In this document: positions 1-10,364 of the stretch, piece after piece
Position numbering within the stretch: the stretch's first letter is position 1
Layout: each line of letters begins with the position of its first letter
Assembly (NCBI GenBank): GCA_963778655.1
Contig: CAVZVA010000009.1
Location: 896,001 to 960,000, forward strand
Source of the DNA: an uncultured delta proteobacterium
Lineage (GTDB): Bacteria; Myxococcota_A; Polyangia; Polyangiales; JAFGIB01
Length of the DNA: 64,000 bases
Reading direction: 5' to 3'
Notes under the pieces: model-generated
Database searches by the model: none
What the model was told of the DNA's origin: nothing
Seen by the model: only the letters and a program-made list of their open reading frames with translations
Position numbers and translations under genes: made by a program

Positions 1-77
1 CCCCCTAGGATTGGTGGTTCCGTCCCATCGCTGGCTGACCCGTTTCGTGGTACACCACGGGTCGAGGTTTTTTGGTC

Positions 78-1238
78 ATGACGCCTGCATGGTTTCGTGT
101 GTTCTCGGCCTGCTCGCTCGCTTTGCTGGCCGCTGCTTGCGGCGGCACGCTCACGCCGACTTCGACGGGCGGTCCGCAAACCGGCAGCGCCGGTGGCAAC
201 GCGACCCTTGCTGGCAACGCCAGCATGCAATCCGGCAATGGCTCGGCGGGCTCCGGCGCCGCAACAAGCAGCGGGCGCAGGGAATCCGTTACTCCGACGA
301 TGATGGCCGGCGGCGGCGACAGCACGACGCCGGCGATGGGATCGGCGGGTCAAGGCGGCGCGAGCGGCAGCGGCGGCGCGAGCGGCGGCGCGAGCAGTGG
401 CGGCGGTACGAACGGCCAGAACCAGGGTGGCGGCCAGGGCGGCTCGGCCGGTAGCGCCGGGAGCGGCGGCACCAGCGGCGGCGCTGCGGGCAGCGCCGAC
501 CCCGGACACCTGATCTTCACGGGCGACTTCGAGACCGGGGACTTGTCGCAGTGGCACTACGTCGAACGCTGCCAGCCGGACCGCATCACCGTGTATTCCG
601 CCGCGAACGCCCCGGCCGGCGCTCCGCCCCCGCGCCAAGGGGACTATGCCGCGCTTTTTCATGTGCTCGACACGGACGTGTCACCGTGCACGTCCACCGG
701 CGATCCGCGCGCTGAGCTGGAAACGGCGGAGTCGCTGTTGAAGCCAGGCGACGAGGTGTGGGAAGCGTGGTCGATGTACATCCCGTCCTCGCACCCGAGC
801 TGCGGATCGTGCTCGAAATGGTTCGCTTTCCAGGAGGACTACGGCAGTCCTTGGGACGGCCCTGCCTCCCTCGCGTGGTACCTCACCTTCTATGACAACC
901 CGACCCGGTTCAGCATCGGACGCGGCTCGCAGTACAACGGCGATTGGCCTGCAGCAACGGCGCTGGTCACAGACCAATGGGTGGACTTTCTGGTGCACAA
1001 GAAGATGTCGAACAAGGACGATGGGACGGGTTTCATCGAGGCGTGGGTCGATGGGAATCAACTCACGTTTTCTCCCTGCAAGTGCACCAAGCTCAGCATG
1101 CAGACCATGCATTCGACGCAGAAGAGCGTTGGCTTCTACCTGACCGCCTACCGCGCCAAGGGTTTGTTCAGCTCCTTCGACATCTACTACGACGGCGTTC
1201 GTATCGGCACGACGCGCGCATCTGTCGAGCTCCAGTAG
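78..1238 (+). CDS. Lipoprotein with Gly/Ser-rich linker and C-terminal polysaccharide lyase-like (heparin lyase I-like, ConA fold) domain
   Basis: Lipobox LLAAAC, long GGS/GSA linker, then IFTGDFETGDLSQW...RAELE...WVDFLVH...GFIEAWVDG...IYYDGVRIG typical of Polysacc_lyase-like domains; ATG at 78; heads a glycosyltransferase run. Confidence 0.65.
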   Translation: MTPAWFRVFSACSLALLAAACGGTLTPTSTGGPQTGSAGGNATLAGNASMQSGNGSAGSGAATSSGRRESVTPTMMAGGGDSTTPAMGSAGQGGASGSGGASGGASSGGGTNGQNQGGGQGGSAGSAGSGGTSGGAAGSADPGHLIFTGDFETGDLSQWHYVERCQPDRITVYSAANAPAGAPPPRQGDYAALFHVLDTDVSPCTSTGDPRAELETAESLLKPGDEVWEAWSMYIPSSHPSCGSCSKWFAFQEDYGSPWDGPASLAWYLTFYDNPTRFSIGRGSQYNGDWPAATALVTDQWVDFLVHKKMSNKDDGTGFIEAWVDGNQLTFSPCKCTKLSMQTMHSTQKSVGFYLTAYRAKGLFSSFDIYYDGVRIGTTRASVELQ

Positions 1239-1287
1239 CGCGCCGCCGGCCGATGCTGGGCGTGGGCCGTACAGGGCAACGTTCGCA

Positions 1288-2181
1288 ATGATCGCTACGG
1301 CAAGAGACCACCGGATCGTCGTCATTTCCCCCTGCCGCGACGAAGAGCGCACCGTCGAGCGCACGATCGCGTCGATGGAGGCTCAGACGCTGCTTCCTGC
1401 TCTCTGGGTCATCGTTGACGACGGGTCGAAGGACCGGACGCCCGAGATTCTCCGCGCCGCCCGGGAGCGGATCCCCTGGCTACGCGTGCTCACGCGTCAG
1501 GACCGCGGCTATCGGAAGGTGGGCGGTGGCGTCATCGATGCGTTCTACTCGGGGCTCGAGAGCGTCGACGTCGACTACGATTTCGTCGCCAAGATGGATG
1601 TGGACCTGGAGTTCGCGCCGGACTATCTCGCCCGCATCATGACCTACTTCGATGCTGATCCGCAGCTCGCCGCGGCCAGCGGCAAGGTCTATCGCCCAGA
1701 GGGAACAGGTCTCGTCGAGGAGTTCATGATCGACGAGATGGTCGCCGGTCAGTTCAAGCTCTACCGTCGCGCTGCCTTCGAGGCGATCGGCGGATTCGTT
1801 CGCGAGGTGATGTGGGATGGTATCGACTTCCACAAGTGCCGGATGAATGGATTCCACACGGCCAGCCTCCACGACGAGCAACTACGAATTGTCCATCTCC
1901 GACTCATGGGGTCGTCCGACCAAAACGTCTACAAGGGACGGGTCCGTTGGGGACGTGGACAGTGGTTCATGGGCAGCTCCCTGCCCTACATTCTCGCGAG
2001 CGGGACTTTCCGCATGCGCGAGAAGCCCTACGTTCTCGGGGGCCTGACGATCATCGCCGGATATGCGATGGCGGCGCTCAAATGGGAACCGCGCTACCAG
2101 GATCTGGAGTTTCGCAGCAGCCTGCGAGCGTGGCAGCGACGCCGCTTATTTGGCCTGCTAGCAGGCAAGGGCGCCCGTTAG
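1288..2181 (+). CDS. Glycosyltransferase family 2
   Basis: VVISPCRDEE, IVDDGSKDRT and KMDVD (DxD) GT-A motifs. Confidence 0.9.
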   Translation: MIATARDHRIVVISPCRDEERTVERTIASMEAQTLLPALWVIVDDGSKDRTPEILRAARERIPWLRVLTRQDRGYRKVGGGVIDAFYSGLESVDVDYDFVAKMDVDLEFAPDYLARIMTYFDADPQLAAASGKVYRPEGTGLVEEFMIDEMVAGQFKLYRRAAFEAIGGFVREVMWDGIDFHKCRMNGFHTASLHDEQLRIVHLRLMGSSDQNVYKGRVRWGRGQWFMGSSLPYILASGTFRMREKPYVLGGLTIIAGYAMAALKWEPRYQDLEFRSSLRAWQRRRLFGLLAGKGAR

Positions 2182-2283
2182 TTTGGATCAGCTGTACGGC
2201 TTCGAGCCCGCGACCGTCGGCCTGCGGGGCCTGGCGGTCGGAGGACCTGATGGACCTGACGATGTGCTATCTTTCAGCTCGTC

Positions 2284-3306
2284 GTGACGCTCTCGCTAAG
2301 CCATCTCGTCCGCAATTGGGCCAGCAAGGTGCTTTTCGCTTCCGGCGCAACACGGCCCGAGCGCGCCGCGCGTGGAATGCTCACGGTCGTAACCTTCCAT
2401 CGCGTGCTGCCGGCCGCGCTGCGCGCGGAGTACCCTCTCGGGGGCATCGTCGTGACGCCGGAAGAGCTCGATGCATGCCTTTCCTTCTTCAGGAGGCACT
2501 ACGAATGTGGAACGCTCGGCGAGATGGCGACCTGCCACTCCCTGGACCAAGACCGGGGTCGAGCGCTTCTGGCGGTGACATTCGACGACGGGCAGCGCGA
2601 CAACTTCGTCTACGCGCGCCCGGTGCTTGAGAGTCACGGTTTGAGGGGAAGCTTCTTCGTTCCGATCGAAGCTATCGACAGCGGAAAGCCGCTCTGGCAC
2701 GACAGGCTTGCGTTTGCGGTGCAGGCGCAGGCCCGCCGTGACCTCGGCGCCGTGCGGCGAACGCTGGATCTGGCCGGCGCGACCTCGCCGGCCGGAGCGG
2801 CGAGACAGGCCGTCGCTCGCGCAAAGGATCTGCAGGCGCCGGCGCGCGAGGCCCTCATTGCGGACGTTCAGGCGCAGGCGGGAGAGGACGCCGTGCCGGC
2901 CTGGGATGGCATGATGACGTGGGAGCAGATCCGCGAGATGCAGCGCGGCGGTCACGAGATCGGGTCGCACTCTATGACGCACCCCATTCTGCCGCGTTGC
3001 GATGATGCCGAGTTGGTTTTCGAGATCGCGGAGTCGCGCCGTGTCCTGGAGCGCCAGCTGGGGAAGGCTCCGGAGACGTTTTGCTACCCGAATGGAGATC
3101 ACGATGCCCGCACCGTCGCACAGGTGGACGCCGCCGGTTACAGATGGGCGGTCACAACCAAGTGGGGTTTGAATGAGCGAGGCTCGCCGCGGTTGGCCAT
3201 GAACCGTTGCGACATCGACGCCGATCGCACGCGAGGCCGCCATGGGGCTTTGCACCAGCCCTTGCTGGCATGGCGCTTGAGCGGCCTGTATCCGGGACTC
3301 GGATAA
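2284..3306 (+). CDS. Polysaccharide deacetylase (NodB homology, CE4)
   Basis: VTFHRV, VTFDDG, HEIGSHSMTHPIL and FCYPNG motifs. Confidence 0.9.
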   Translation: MTLSLSHLVRNWASKVLFASGATRPERAARGMLTVVTFHRVLPAALRAEYPLGGIVVTPEELDACLSFFRRHYECGTLGEMATCHSLDQDRGRALLAVTFDDGQRDNFVYARPVLESHGLRGSFFVPIEAIDSGKPLWHDRLAFAVQAQARRDLGAVRRTLDLAGATSPAGAARQAVARAKDLQAPAREALIADVQAQAGEDAVPAWDGMMTWEQIREMQRGGHEIGSHSMTHPILPRCDDAELVFEIAESRRVLERQLGKAPETFCYPNGDHDARTVAQVDAAGYRWAVTTKWGLNERGSPRLAMNRCDIDADRTRGRHGALHQPLLAWRLSGLYPGLG

Positions 3307-3310
3307 CCGC

Positions 3311-4546
3311 ATGCGCCTTGCGGTCCTCGTGAGCCAGTATCCGGCACCGTCGCACACGTTCATCCGGCGCGAGATCGATGCCCTGCGGCGGCGCGGGATG
3401 GAGGTGCAAACCTTCAGCGTCAGACCGCCTGCTCCCGAAGAGATTCTCTCGGAGCTCGACCGGCGCGAGTTCGCGGCGACTCGTTATGTTTTTCCGCTGT
3501 CGTTCGTCGGGCTCGCCGCCGCGCATTTCTCGGCGATCATCACGCGCCCAAGCGCGTACCTGGTCACGCTGCGCGCGAGCTTGAAGCATCGTGTTCCGGG
3601 CTTGCGCAGCCTCGGCCGGGCGCTCGCTTACTTCGTGGAGGGCATATACCTGTCCAAATGGCTCCGGCGCGCTGGGGTGACCCACCTGCACAACCACTTC
3701 GCGAATCCGGCAGCCAACGTCGGCTACGTGTGCAGCCTCTTCCTCAAGCTACCGTGGAGCTTGACCCTCCACGGTAGCGCCGACCTGGCGTATCCGGCGG
3801 GTATGCTGCTGGGCGACAAGATTCGGGCCGCGGGCTTCGTGGCCTGCGTGTCCCATTACGGCCGGTCTCAGGCCATGCGGACCGTCGAGCCCGAACACTG
3901 GGACAAGCTCTTGATCGTGCGCTGCGGCGTGGAGCTCGACGCGCTGCCTCCACGCATGCGGCACGACGATCGATCGATTCGTTTCGTGAGCGTGGGACGC
4001 TTGTCTCCCGAGAAGGGCCAGGTCGGTCTGGTCGAGGCCTTTGCGATGCTGATCGCGGAGGGCATCGATGCGAAGCTGCGGCTGGTCGGCGACGGGGCGG
4101 ACATGGAGCGGGTGCGAGAGCGGATCCGCGAGCGACGGCTGGAGCAGCACTGCGTGCTCACCGGCCGCCTGGCGGAGGCGGACGCACTGCGCGAGATCGC
4201 CGGGGCTGATGTGTTTGTCCTGGCGAGCCTCATGGAAGGTCTTCCCGTGGTGTTGATGGAGGCACTGGGGATTGGAGTGCCAGTGGTGGCGCCCTGTGTC
4301 GCGGGCATACCCGAGCTTGTGACGCCCGAACGCGGCGGGCTGCTGTTCAGCCCCGGGGACTGGACCGGCCTTGCCGCGTGTATGAAGCGCATGGCGGAGG
4401 ACCCGCCCCTGCGGGCGAGTCTCGCCCTCACTGGTCGCGCGCGCATCGCGGCCGAGTTCGACGTGAACAAGGCTGTGGAGCCGCTGTACGTACGCCTGAG
4501 GGCCGAATCGGACGCGTGCGAAGAGCACGACGGCGAGTCGGCCTGA
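3311..4546 (+). CDS. Glycosyltransferase family 4 (WcaL-like)
   Basis: SHTFIRREI, HLHNHFA, VGRLSPEKG and EGLPVVLMEA motifs. Confidence 0.9.
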   Translation: MRLAVLVSQYPAPSHTFIRREIDALRRRGMEVQTFSVRPPAPEEILSELDRREFAATRYVFPLSFVGLAAAHFSAIITRPSAYLVTLRASLKHRVPGLRSLGRALAYFVEGIYLSKWLRRAGVTHLHNHFANPAANVGYVCSLFLKLPWSLTLHGSADLAYPAGMLLGDKIRAAGFVACVSHYGRSQAMRTVEPEHWDKLLIVRCGVELDALPPRMRHDDRSIRFVSVGRLSPEKGQVGLVEAFAMLIAEGIDAKLRLVGDGADMERVRERIRERRLEQHCVLTGRLAEADALREIAGADVFVLASLMEGLPVVLMEALGIGVPVVAPCVAGIPELVTPERGGLLFSPGDWTGLAACMKRMAEDPPLRASLALTGRARIAAEFDVNKAVEPLYVRLRAESDACEEHDGESA

Positions 4547-4833
4547 TGGCGCGTGCGCTCAATCGGTCACCTAGAGCCGATTTCAAAACGCTCCGGGACC
4601 GCCTTCCGGGCGGGACAGAAGTATTCCATCGGTCGCGCGCCTTGCATCCAGCACCGTCGCGCTCCGAAATCCGGCCACGCCGGGTATTGAGGTCGGATCC
4701 AAGGACCCGAGCACAGATAACCTGCTGAGTTGCGGCTCGTGGGCGGGCGCAAGCAGGTGGACCCAGATCGCTCGCAACACGCCCTGAGCGGAATTGTCAG
4801 TACCCTGCGCAGCCAGGCGCGTCGGGAGTCGGC

Positions 4834-5838
4834 TCATGCGCGCTTGTATTCGATCAGAGAGCTTTGCTTGCCGCGCATTTGGTTGAGGTGAAACTGGAGT
4901 CCTCCCAGCATCTGCGGGACCTTGCCGAGGACGCAGTAGCGCGCGTACAGCGAGGCATGCTCCGGGGGGTCGCCGAAGAGGCGAAGTCTGTGGTTGCGCA
5001 CGCGCAGCCACAGCACGCCGTATCCTGCCAGCAGCACGCCGCTGCCCCCGTGGGTCGGCCAAGCGAGCGAGATCACGGTGGCAGGGAGCAGCAGGCCCCA
5101 GAACCAGTTCGAACGGGAGAGCTTCGCATATCGGGCGTCGTTGGGATGCCGATGATGCCCCTCGGCGCAAGCGTGCCCAGCGCGTATGCTGCGCCTCCAC
5201 CATTGTCGGAAGCGGCTCATGGCCGCATCGTGACGCGTCATGTCCCGATCGATACGAAGGATGCGGTATCCAGCCTGTCGCATCCGCATGCACATGTCCG
5301 GTTCTTCGCCTGCGATGAGCGAGCCGTCGTAGCCGCCCACCGCGTCGAAAGCCGCCAATCGCAGCAAAGCATCGCCGCCGCAGGCCTCGGCCTCGCCTGC
5401 TTTCGTGTTCCATTCCATATCGCAGAGTCGGTTGTAGGGGGACGCGTCGGGATTCAGCTCGAGCCGCCGTCCGCAAACCACGGCGAGGGTCGCATCCGCC
5501 TCGATCACGGCCGTCGCAGCTTCGACGAAGCCCTCGACCATCTCGCAGTCGGCATCGATTACTTGCACGAAAGGGACATTGGGGGCGAGGCGCTGCAGGC
5601 GCGCGATGCCGGCGTTGCGCGCGCGCGCCGCCGTGAAGGGCACCGTCATGTCGAGCTCGACCACATCGACGCCGAGCGAGCGTGCGAACGCGACGCTGTC
5701 GTCGCTCGAGCTCGAGTCGACATACACGAGCGGGGACACCCGCCCGACCAGTGAGCGCAGGCAGCGTTTGAGCCGCTCGCCCTCGTTGCGGCCGATCGCC
5801 ACGCAGCCGACCCTGGACGATGTCGATGCAGTCGACAT
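4834..5838 (-). CDS. Glycosyltransferase family 2 with C-terminal membrane segments
   Basis: IGRNEGERL, VYVDSSSSD, ARARNAG, IDADC, GGYDGSLIAGEEPD motifs. Confidence 0.9.
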   Translation of the reverse strand: MSTASTSSRVGCVAIGRNEGERLKRCLRSLVGRVSPLVYVDSSSSDDSVAFARSLGVDVVELDMTVPFTAARARNAGIARLQRLAPNVPFVQVIDADCEMVEGFVEAATAVIEADATLAVVCGRRLELNPDASPYNRLCDMEWNTKAGEAEACGGDALLRLAAFDAVGGYDGSLIAGEEPDMCMRMRQAGYRILRIDRDMTRHDAAMSRFRQWWRRSIRAGHACAEGHHRHPNDARYAKLSRSNWFWGLLLPATVISLAWPTHGGSGVLLAGYGVLWLRVRNHRLRLFGDPPEHASLYARYCVLGKVPQMLGGLQFHLNQMRGKQSSLIEYKRA

Positions 5839-6035
5839 GGGCCCAGTCTAGCAGACTCGTACGCAGGGGCCGCGCCCCCCCCTGGACCACCGGCGTGCCT
5901 GGGGAACGTCGCGCAATCACCCGACCACGACGCCAGCAGGCCGCGGAAGAGCTCTGCGGGAGTGGAGGCACCCGCCGTGGCGTGCGGGTCGCGTGTCTGG
6001 CGGGAGTCGAGCAACGATGCCGCGTTGCTCCGGGC

Positions 6036-7079
6036 TCAGCTGTTTCCACCCCGCTCGGCGACCTTCACCAGTTGCTTGCCGATGTTTTCGCCGCGGAACA
6101 GACGCGCCAGGGCGGCCGGGGCGTTTTCCAGCCCGTGCTGGACGTCGACCCGGTCCTTGAGCCGGCCTTCGCGCATGAATCCGGCCAGGGCATCGATCGC
6201 CTCGGTGGCGCGCGGCAGGAAGTCGATTACGACGAAGCCTTCCATCCGTCCGCGCTGGCTGAGCAGCTTCATGTAGTTCTTGGGTCCTGGAGGCGGTGTC
6301 GACTCGTTGTAGCCGGAAATCGCGCCGCACAGCACGATTCGGCCGCGCAGGGCGAGATTCGCGAGCGCAGCCTCGAGAATGCGCCCGCCGACGTTGTCGA
6401 AGTAGACGTCGATTCCGTTGGGGCACTCCTGCCGCATCCGCGTCACGACGTTCTCGTTCTTGTAGTCGATCGCAGCGTCGAAGCCGAGCTCGTCCGTGAG
6501 GTAACGGCACTTGGCCTCGCCGCCCGCGATTCCGATCGCGCGGCAGCCTTTGATCTTCGCGAGCTGGCCGACCACCGAGCCGGTGGCTCCGGCAGCAGCC
6601 GATACCACCACGCTCTCTCCGGCCTGCGCGCGACCGATCTCGAGCAGACCGAAGTAAGCCGTCATGCCCGTGTTGCCGAGCGCGCTCATCGCGGTTTCGA
6701 TCGGGATGCCCTCGGGCACCGGCAAGATGGGATAGAGCCCTCCATGACCGGCCACGGCGTAGTCTTGCCAGCCGAACAATCCTTGTACGAGCTGCCCGGG
6801 GCGAAACTCTGGTAGCCGCGAGCTGATCACCTCGCCCACGCCGAACGCCCTCATCACCTCCCCGAGCTTCATCGCGGGGTAGTAGGTCTGGGCCGAAGCC
6901 CAACCGCGCTGGGTGGGATCGCACGACACGAACAGATTGCGGACCAGGATCTGACCATCGGCCGCGTCCGGAGCCGCGGTCTCGGTCCATTGCAGGTCTT
7001 CGGCCGTGAGCTCGCCGCGCGGGCGGCGCTCGAGCAGCCACTGCCGGTTGGTGTGTGTCGTCGTCATGAAACGCCCCAT
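6036..7079 (-). CDS. NADP-dependent oxidoreductase (MDR; prostaglandin reductase/CurA-like alkenal reductase family)
   Basis: VSCDPTQRG, GMTAYFGL, VSAAAGATGSVVGQLAK, GIDVYFDNVGG, CGAISGYN, GENIGK. Start may be the second Met (7067). Confidence 0.9.
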   Translation of the reverse strand: MGRFMTTTHTNRQWLLERRPRGELTAEDLQWTETAAPDAADGQILVRNLFVSCDPTQRGWASAQTYYPAMKLGEVMRAFGVGEVISSRLPEFRPGQLVQGLFGWQDYAVAGHGGLYPILPVPEGIPIETAMSALGNTGMTAYFGLLEIGRAQAGESVVVSAAAGATGSVVGQLAKIKGCRAIGIAGGEAKCRYLTDELGFDAAIDYKNENVVTRMRQECPNGIDVYFDNVGGRILEAALANLALRGRIVLCGAISGYNESTPPPGPKNYMKLLSQRGRMEGFVVIDFLPRATEAIDALAGFMREGRLKDRVDVQHGLENAPAALARLFRGENIGKQLVKVAERGGNS

Positions 7080-7309
7080 GGCCGGACGCGCACCGGCCGC
7101 GAGTTGAGACGTTCCGTCTTCACTACCAAGATCCGCCGCCGGTCGACGTGCGGCGCTGCACCGAGCTGCACCCGCACGGTTTGGAAATCAGGTCGGAGCC
7201 GTGATGCACGTGCAAGCGTCATGGTCGCCGTCGCAGCACATTGGCTGCGGCGACTGACCCAGTCAAGGGTTGACGACCCCAGGGCGTGCCGCGCACCATA
7301 CGCGCGTCG

Positions 7310-8452
7310 ATGGAGCTAAACGCGGCACAGCGCGAACGTGTCCACGCGGTGCTCGACTTCGCGCGGGCCCGTCTGTCGCCCGGAGCACGCGAGCGCGAAG
7401 CGGCGGGCAGCTTCGACCGCAAGCTCTGGGACGAGGCCGCCGAGTTCGGCCTGGCCGGTTTGCCGATTCCCGAAGCGTGGGGCGGAAGCGGGCTCGACGC
7501 GGTCGACACGATGCTCGTCGTCGAGGCGCTGGGCAAGGGCTGCGAGGACGGCGGCCTGGTGTTCTCGCTTTGCGCACACATGTTCGCCTCGGCGGTGCCG
7601 ATCTGGCGCGCGCGCGCCCCTGAGCTGCACGAGCGCTACCTGCGCGACATCGCCGCCGGCACGCTGATCTGCGCCAACGGCACGACCGAGCCGGAGGCGG
7701 GATCCGACATCTACGCAATGAAGGCCACCGCGCGCCGCGATGGCGACCAGTACGTGCTGGAAGGCACGAAGTGCTTCATCACCAACGCGCCCGTCGCGGA
7801 CCTGTTCCTGATCTATGCGGTGACCCAACCTGGGCGAGGCTTTCTGGGCGTTTCAGGCTTCCTGGTCCCCGCCGGCACGCCGGGTCTGCGCGTGGCGGCC
7901 GAGCACGGCAAGACCGGGCTGCGCACCTCGCCGTGGGGCTCGATATTTCTGGAGGAGTGCCGCGTTCCGCAGAGCGCGCGGCTGGGCCCCGAAGGCTCCG
8001 GCGCCGCGCTCTTCAGCGAGTCGATGGTATGGGAACGCGCCTGCCTGTTCGCCTATTACGTGGGCGCGATGGATCGCACGCTGCAACGCTGCGTCGAGCA
8101 CGCGCGCTCGCGCACCCAGTTCGGTCACCGCATCGGCTCGTTCCAGTCGGTATCCAACCGCATCGTCGACATGAAGCTCAGGCTGGAGACGAGCCGACTG
8201 CTGCTCTATCGCGCGGGCGAGCTACACCGCGCGGGCAAGCGCTGCGACGAGGCCGTGGCGCTGAGCAAGCTGTGGATCTCCGAGGCCGCTTTGCAGTCCG
8301 GCCTGGACGCCATTCAGATCTTCGGAGGAGCCGGGGTGGCGACCGACACGGGCATCGACGCGTTGATGCGCGACGCCGTCCCGTCGCGAATCTTTTCCGG
8401 CAGCTCCGAGATGCAGCGGGCGATCATCGCCAAGATGCTGGGGCTGGCATGA
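7310..8452 (+). CDS. Acyl-CoA dehydrogenase family, L-prolyl-carrier-protein dehydrogenase-like (PltE/RedW/AnaB type)
   Basis: ACAD motifs TEPEAGSD, GTKCFITNAP, RTQFG, IFGGAG. FSLCAH, WERAC and IFSGSSE (no MCAD-position Glu) resemble prolyl-PCP dehydrogenases. ATGA-coupled to an A-domain gene. Confidence 0.8.
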   Translation: MELNAAQRERVHAVLDFARARLSPGAREREAAGSFDRKLWDEAAEFGLAGLPIPEAWGGSGLDAVDTMLVVEALGKGCEDGGLVFSLCAHMFASAVPIWRARAPELHERYLRDIAAGTLICANGTTEPEAGSDIYAMKATARRDGDQYVLEGTKCFITNAPVADLFLIYAVTQPGRGFLGVSGFLVPAGTPGLRVAAEHGKTGLRTSPWGSIFLEECRVPQSARLGPEGSGAALFSESMVWERACLFAYYVGAMDRTLQRCVEHARSRTQFGHRIGSFQSVSNRIVDMKLRLETSRLLLYRAGELHRAGKRCDEAVALSKLWISEAALQSGLDAIQIFGGAGVATDTGIDALMRDAVPSRIFSGSSEMQRAIIAKMLGLA

Positions 8453-10011
8453 ACCGTCTGGACGAGCTGTTCACGCAGTGCGCCGCACACTCGCCCGACC
8501 AGATCGCGGTCGACGGCGGTGGCGACCTGCTCAGTTACGGCGAGCTCGATCGGCTTGCCAACCGCTTCGGGCGCAGCTTCCTCGCGGCCGGCCTGGCCCC
8601 GGGTGATCGCGTCGGGATTCATCTGCCGCGCTCCGGGCGTGGGGTGGCCGCGATGATCGGCGCGATTCGCAGCGGCGCGGTGTATGTCCCGCTCGATCCG
8701 GGCTCTCCGCCGCAGCGCATGCAGCTGATCGCGCGGGACTGTGGGCTGCGTCACGTCGTGATCGCACCGCAGCTTCTGGCGAGCTGGGTAGCGGCCGGCG
8801 TGATCGAGCCCGTGGAGCACTTTTTCCTCAGCGCCGAAGGTGCGGTCCCGGCGCTTCCGCCGCGGGTAAAGGTGCACACCTGGCAAGAGCTGCAGTCAGG
8901 CGACGCGGCGCCGTGCCCCGAGCGTGCGGGCTCGATCGATGACCTCGCCTACATGCTCTACACCTCGGGCTCCACCGGAGTACCCAAGGGCGTGATGCTC
9001 TCGCATCGCAACGCGCTCGCCTTCGTCGAATGGGCCGCGGACGCGATCGCGCTGCAAGCCGGCGACCGCGTTGCCAGCGTGGCGCCGTTCCACTTCGACC
9101 TCTCCGTGTTCGATCTGTGGTCGTCGCTGTCGCGCGGCGCGAGCGTGTTCATCGTCGACGAGGTCACGGTGCTCAATGGACAGCGCATGCTCGACCGGAT
9201 TCGCGACAAGGCGATCAGCGTGTGGTATTCGGTGCCCTCGGCCCTGGTGCTGATGCTGGAGACCGGCGGGCTCGCCCAGCGAGGCGCGCCGTCCCTGCGC
9301 GTTGTGTTCTTCGCCGGGGAGGTCTTCCCGATCAAGCACCTGCGGCGCACCATGGCGGCCATTCCGCAGGCACGCTTCTTCAACCTATTCGGACCCACCG
9401 AGACCAACGTGTGCCTGGCGTACGAGCTCCCGGGAGCGCCCGATTCCGACGCGACCGCGATTCCTATCGGCCGGCCCAGCTGCGGCGACCAGGCCTTCAT
9501 TCTCGACGGCGAGGGCCATCCGGTCGCCGACGGCGAGATCGGTGAGCTGTTCGTAGAGGGACCGACGGTCATGCTCGGCTACTGGGACAGCGGCCGGCGC
9601 ACGCCCGCCAGGCATCCGTACCCTACCGGCGACATGGTGACGCGGCGCAGCGATGGCGAGTTGGTGTATCACGGACGCCGCGACCACATGGTCAAGATCC
9701 ATGGCTATCGGGTCGAGCTCGGCGAGGTCGAATCGGCGCTGCACGCCCACGAGCGCGTGAAGGAAGCGATCGCGTTCGCCATGGACCAGCGGTTGGTGGC
9801 TGTGATCGTGCCCTCGGACGAGTCGCTTTCCGTGCTGGACATCAAACGCCATTGCGCGGACCGGCTGCCGCGCTACATGATCCCGTCCGACATCCGTATG
9901 GTCATGCAGCTACCGCGCACGTCGAGCGGCAAGACCGACCGCGTCCGCACCAAAGCTGCGGTGATCGAGGGTAATGTGGACGCGCTCGCACCTGTGCGCC
10001 GGCCAAGCTAG
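8449..10011 (+). CDS. Stand-alone amino acid adenylation enzyme, probably L-proline:carrier protein ligase (PltF/RedM/AnaC type)
   Basis: YTSGSTGVPKG, FDLSVFDL, VWYSVP, FAGEVFP, NLFGPTETNVC, TGD, LPRTSSGKTDR. Pocket read by eye as about D-L-F-Y-x-A-L-V-C-K, matching stand-alone Pro-activating enzymes. ATG overlaps upstream TGA. Confidence 0.85.
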   Translation: MNRLDELFTQCAAHSPDQIAVDGGGDLLSYGELDRLANRFGRSFLAAGLAPGDRVGIHLPRSGRGVAAMIGAIRSGAVYVPLDPGSPPQRMQLIARDCGLRHVVIAPQLLASWVAAGVIEPVEHFFLSAEGAVPALPPRVKVHTWQELQSGDAAPCPERAGSIDDLAYMLYTSGSTGVPKGVMLSHRNALAFVEWAADAIALQAGDRVASVAPFHFDLSVFDLWSSLSRGASVFIVDEVTVLNGQRMLDRIRDKAISVWYSVPSALVLMLETGGLAQRGAPSLRVVFFAGEVFPIKHLRRTMAAIPQARFFNLFGPTETNVCLAYELPGAPDSDATAIPIGRPSCGDQAFILDGEGHPVADGEIGELFVEGPTVMLGYWDSGRRTPARHPYPTGDMVTRRSDGELVYHGRRDHMVKIHGYRVELGEVESALHAHERVKEAIAFAMDQRLVAVIVPSDESLSVLDIKRHCADRLPRYMIPSDIRMVMQLPRTSSGKTDRVRTKAAVIEGNVDALAPVRRPS

Positions 10012-10020
10012 AGGAGCCCG

Positions 10021-10284
10021 ATGGAAGCGCGCCTGAAGCAGTCCATCCGTGATCACATCGTCGAGACCTGGTTGAACGGCGACGGGCGCGGCCTGGACGA
10101 CGATACAGACCTGCAGCAGACAGGCGTCCTCGATTCCTTTTCCACGCTGGCGCTGGTGGCCTTTCTCGACGAGACCTTCAGCGTGCAAATCGAGCCGTCG
10201 GACATCAACGGCCAGACGTTTCACAGCGTCGACACCATCGCCAAGCTCGTGCTCGAGAAGCTCGCCTCCGGGGGCGCGGGGTGA
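10021..10284 (+). CDS. Peptidyl/acyl carrier protein (PltL/RedO-like)
   Basis: 87 aa acidic protein, GVLDSF phosphopantetheine Ser, F-x-S-V-x-x-I-A tail; GAGGAG RBS. Confidence 0.88.
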   Translation: MEARLKQSIRDHIVETWLNGDGRGLDDDTDLQQTGVLDSFSTLALVAFLDETFSVQIEPSDINGQTFHSVDTIAKLVLEKLASGGAG

Positions 10285-10364
10285 GCTCGGCGCGCGGGCG
10301 TCCGTGGCGGACGCCCGCGACCCCCCTTGATCTACAGCCGCCCAGCCTGGAACATGAGGGGACC

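Noticed and set aside
4570..4810. IS remnant (CTAGAGCCGATTTCAAAA resembles some IS termini) or ncRNA in the convergent gap
   Set aside because: No matching inverted end, transposase fragment or recognisable RNA family found by eye.
8449..10284. DltA/DltC D-alanylation system
   Set aside because: No DltB/MBOAT or DltD; the pocket residues and coupled ACAD fit proline-to-pyrrole chemistry better.
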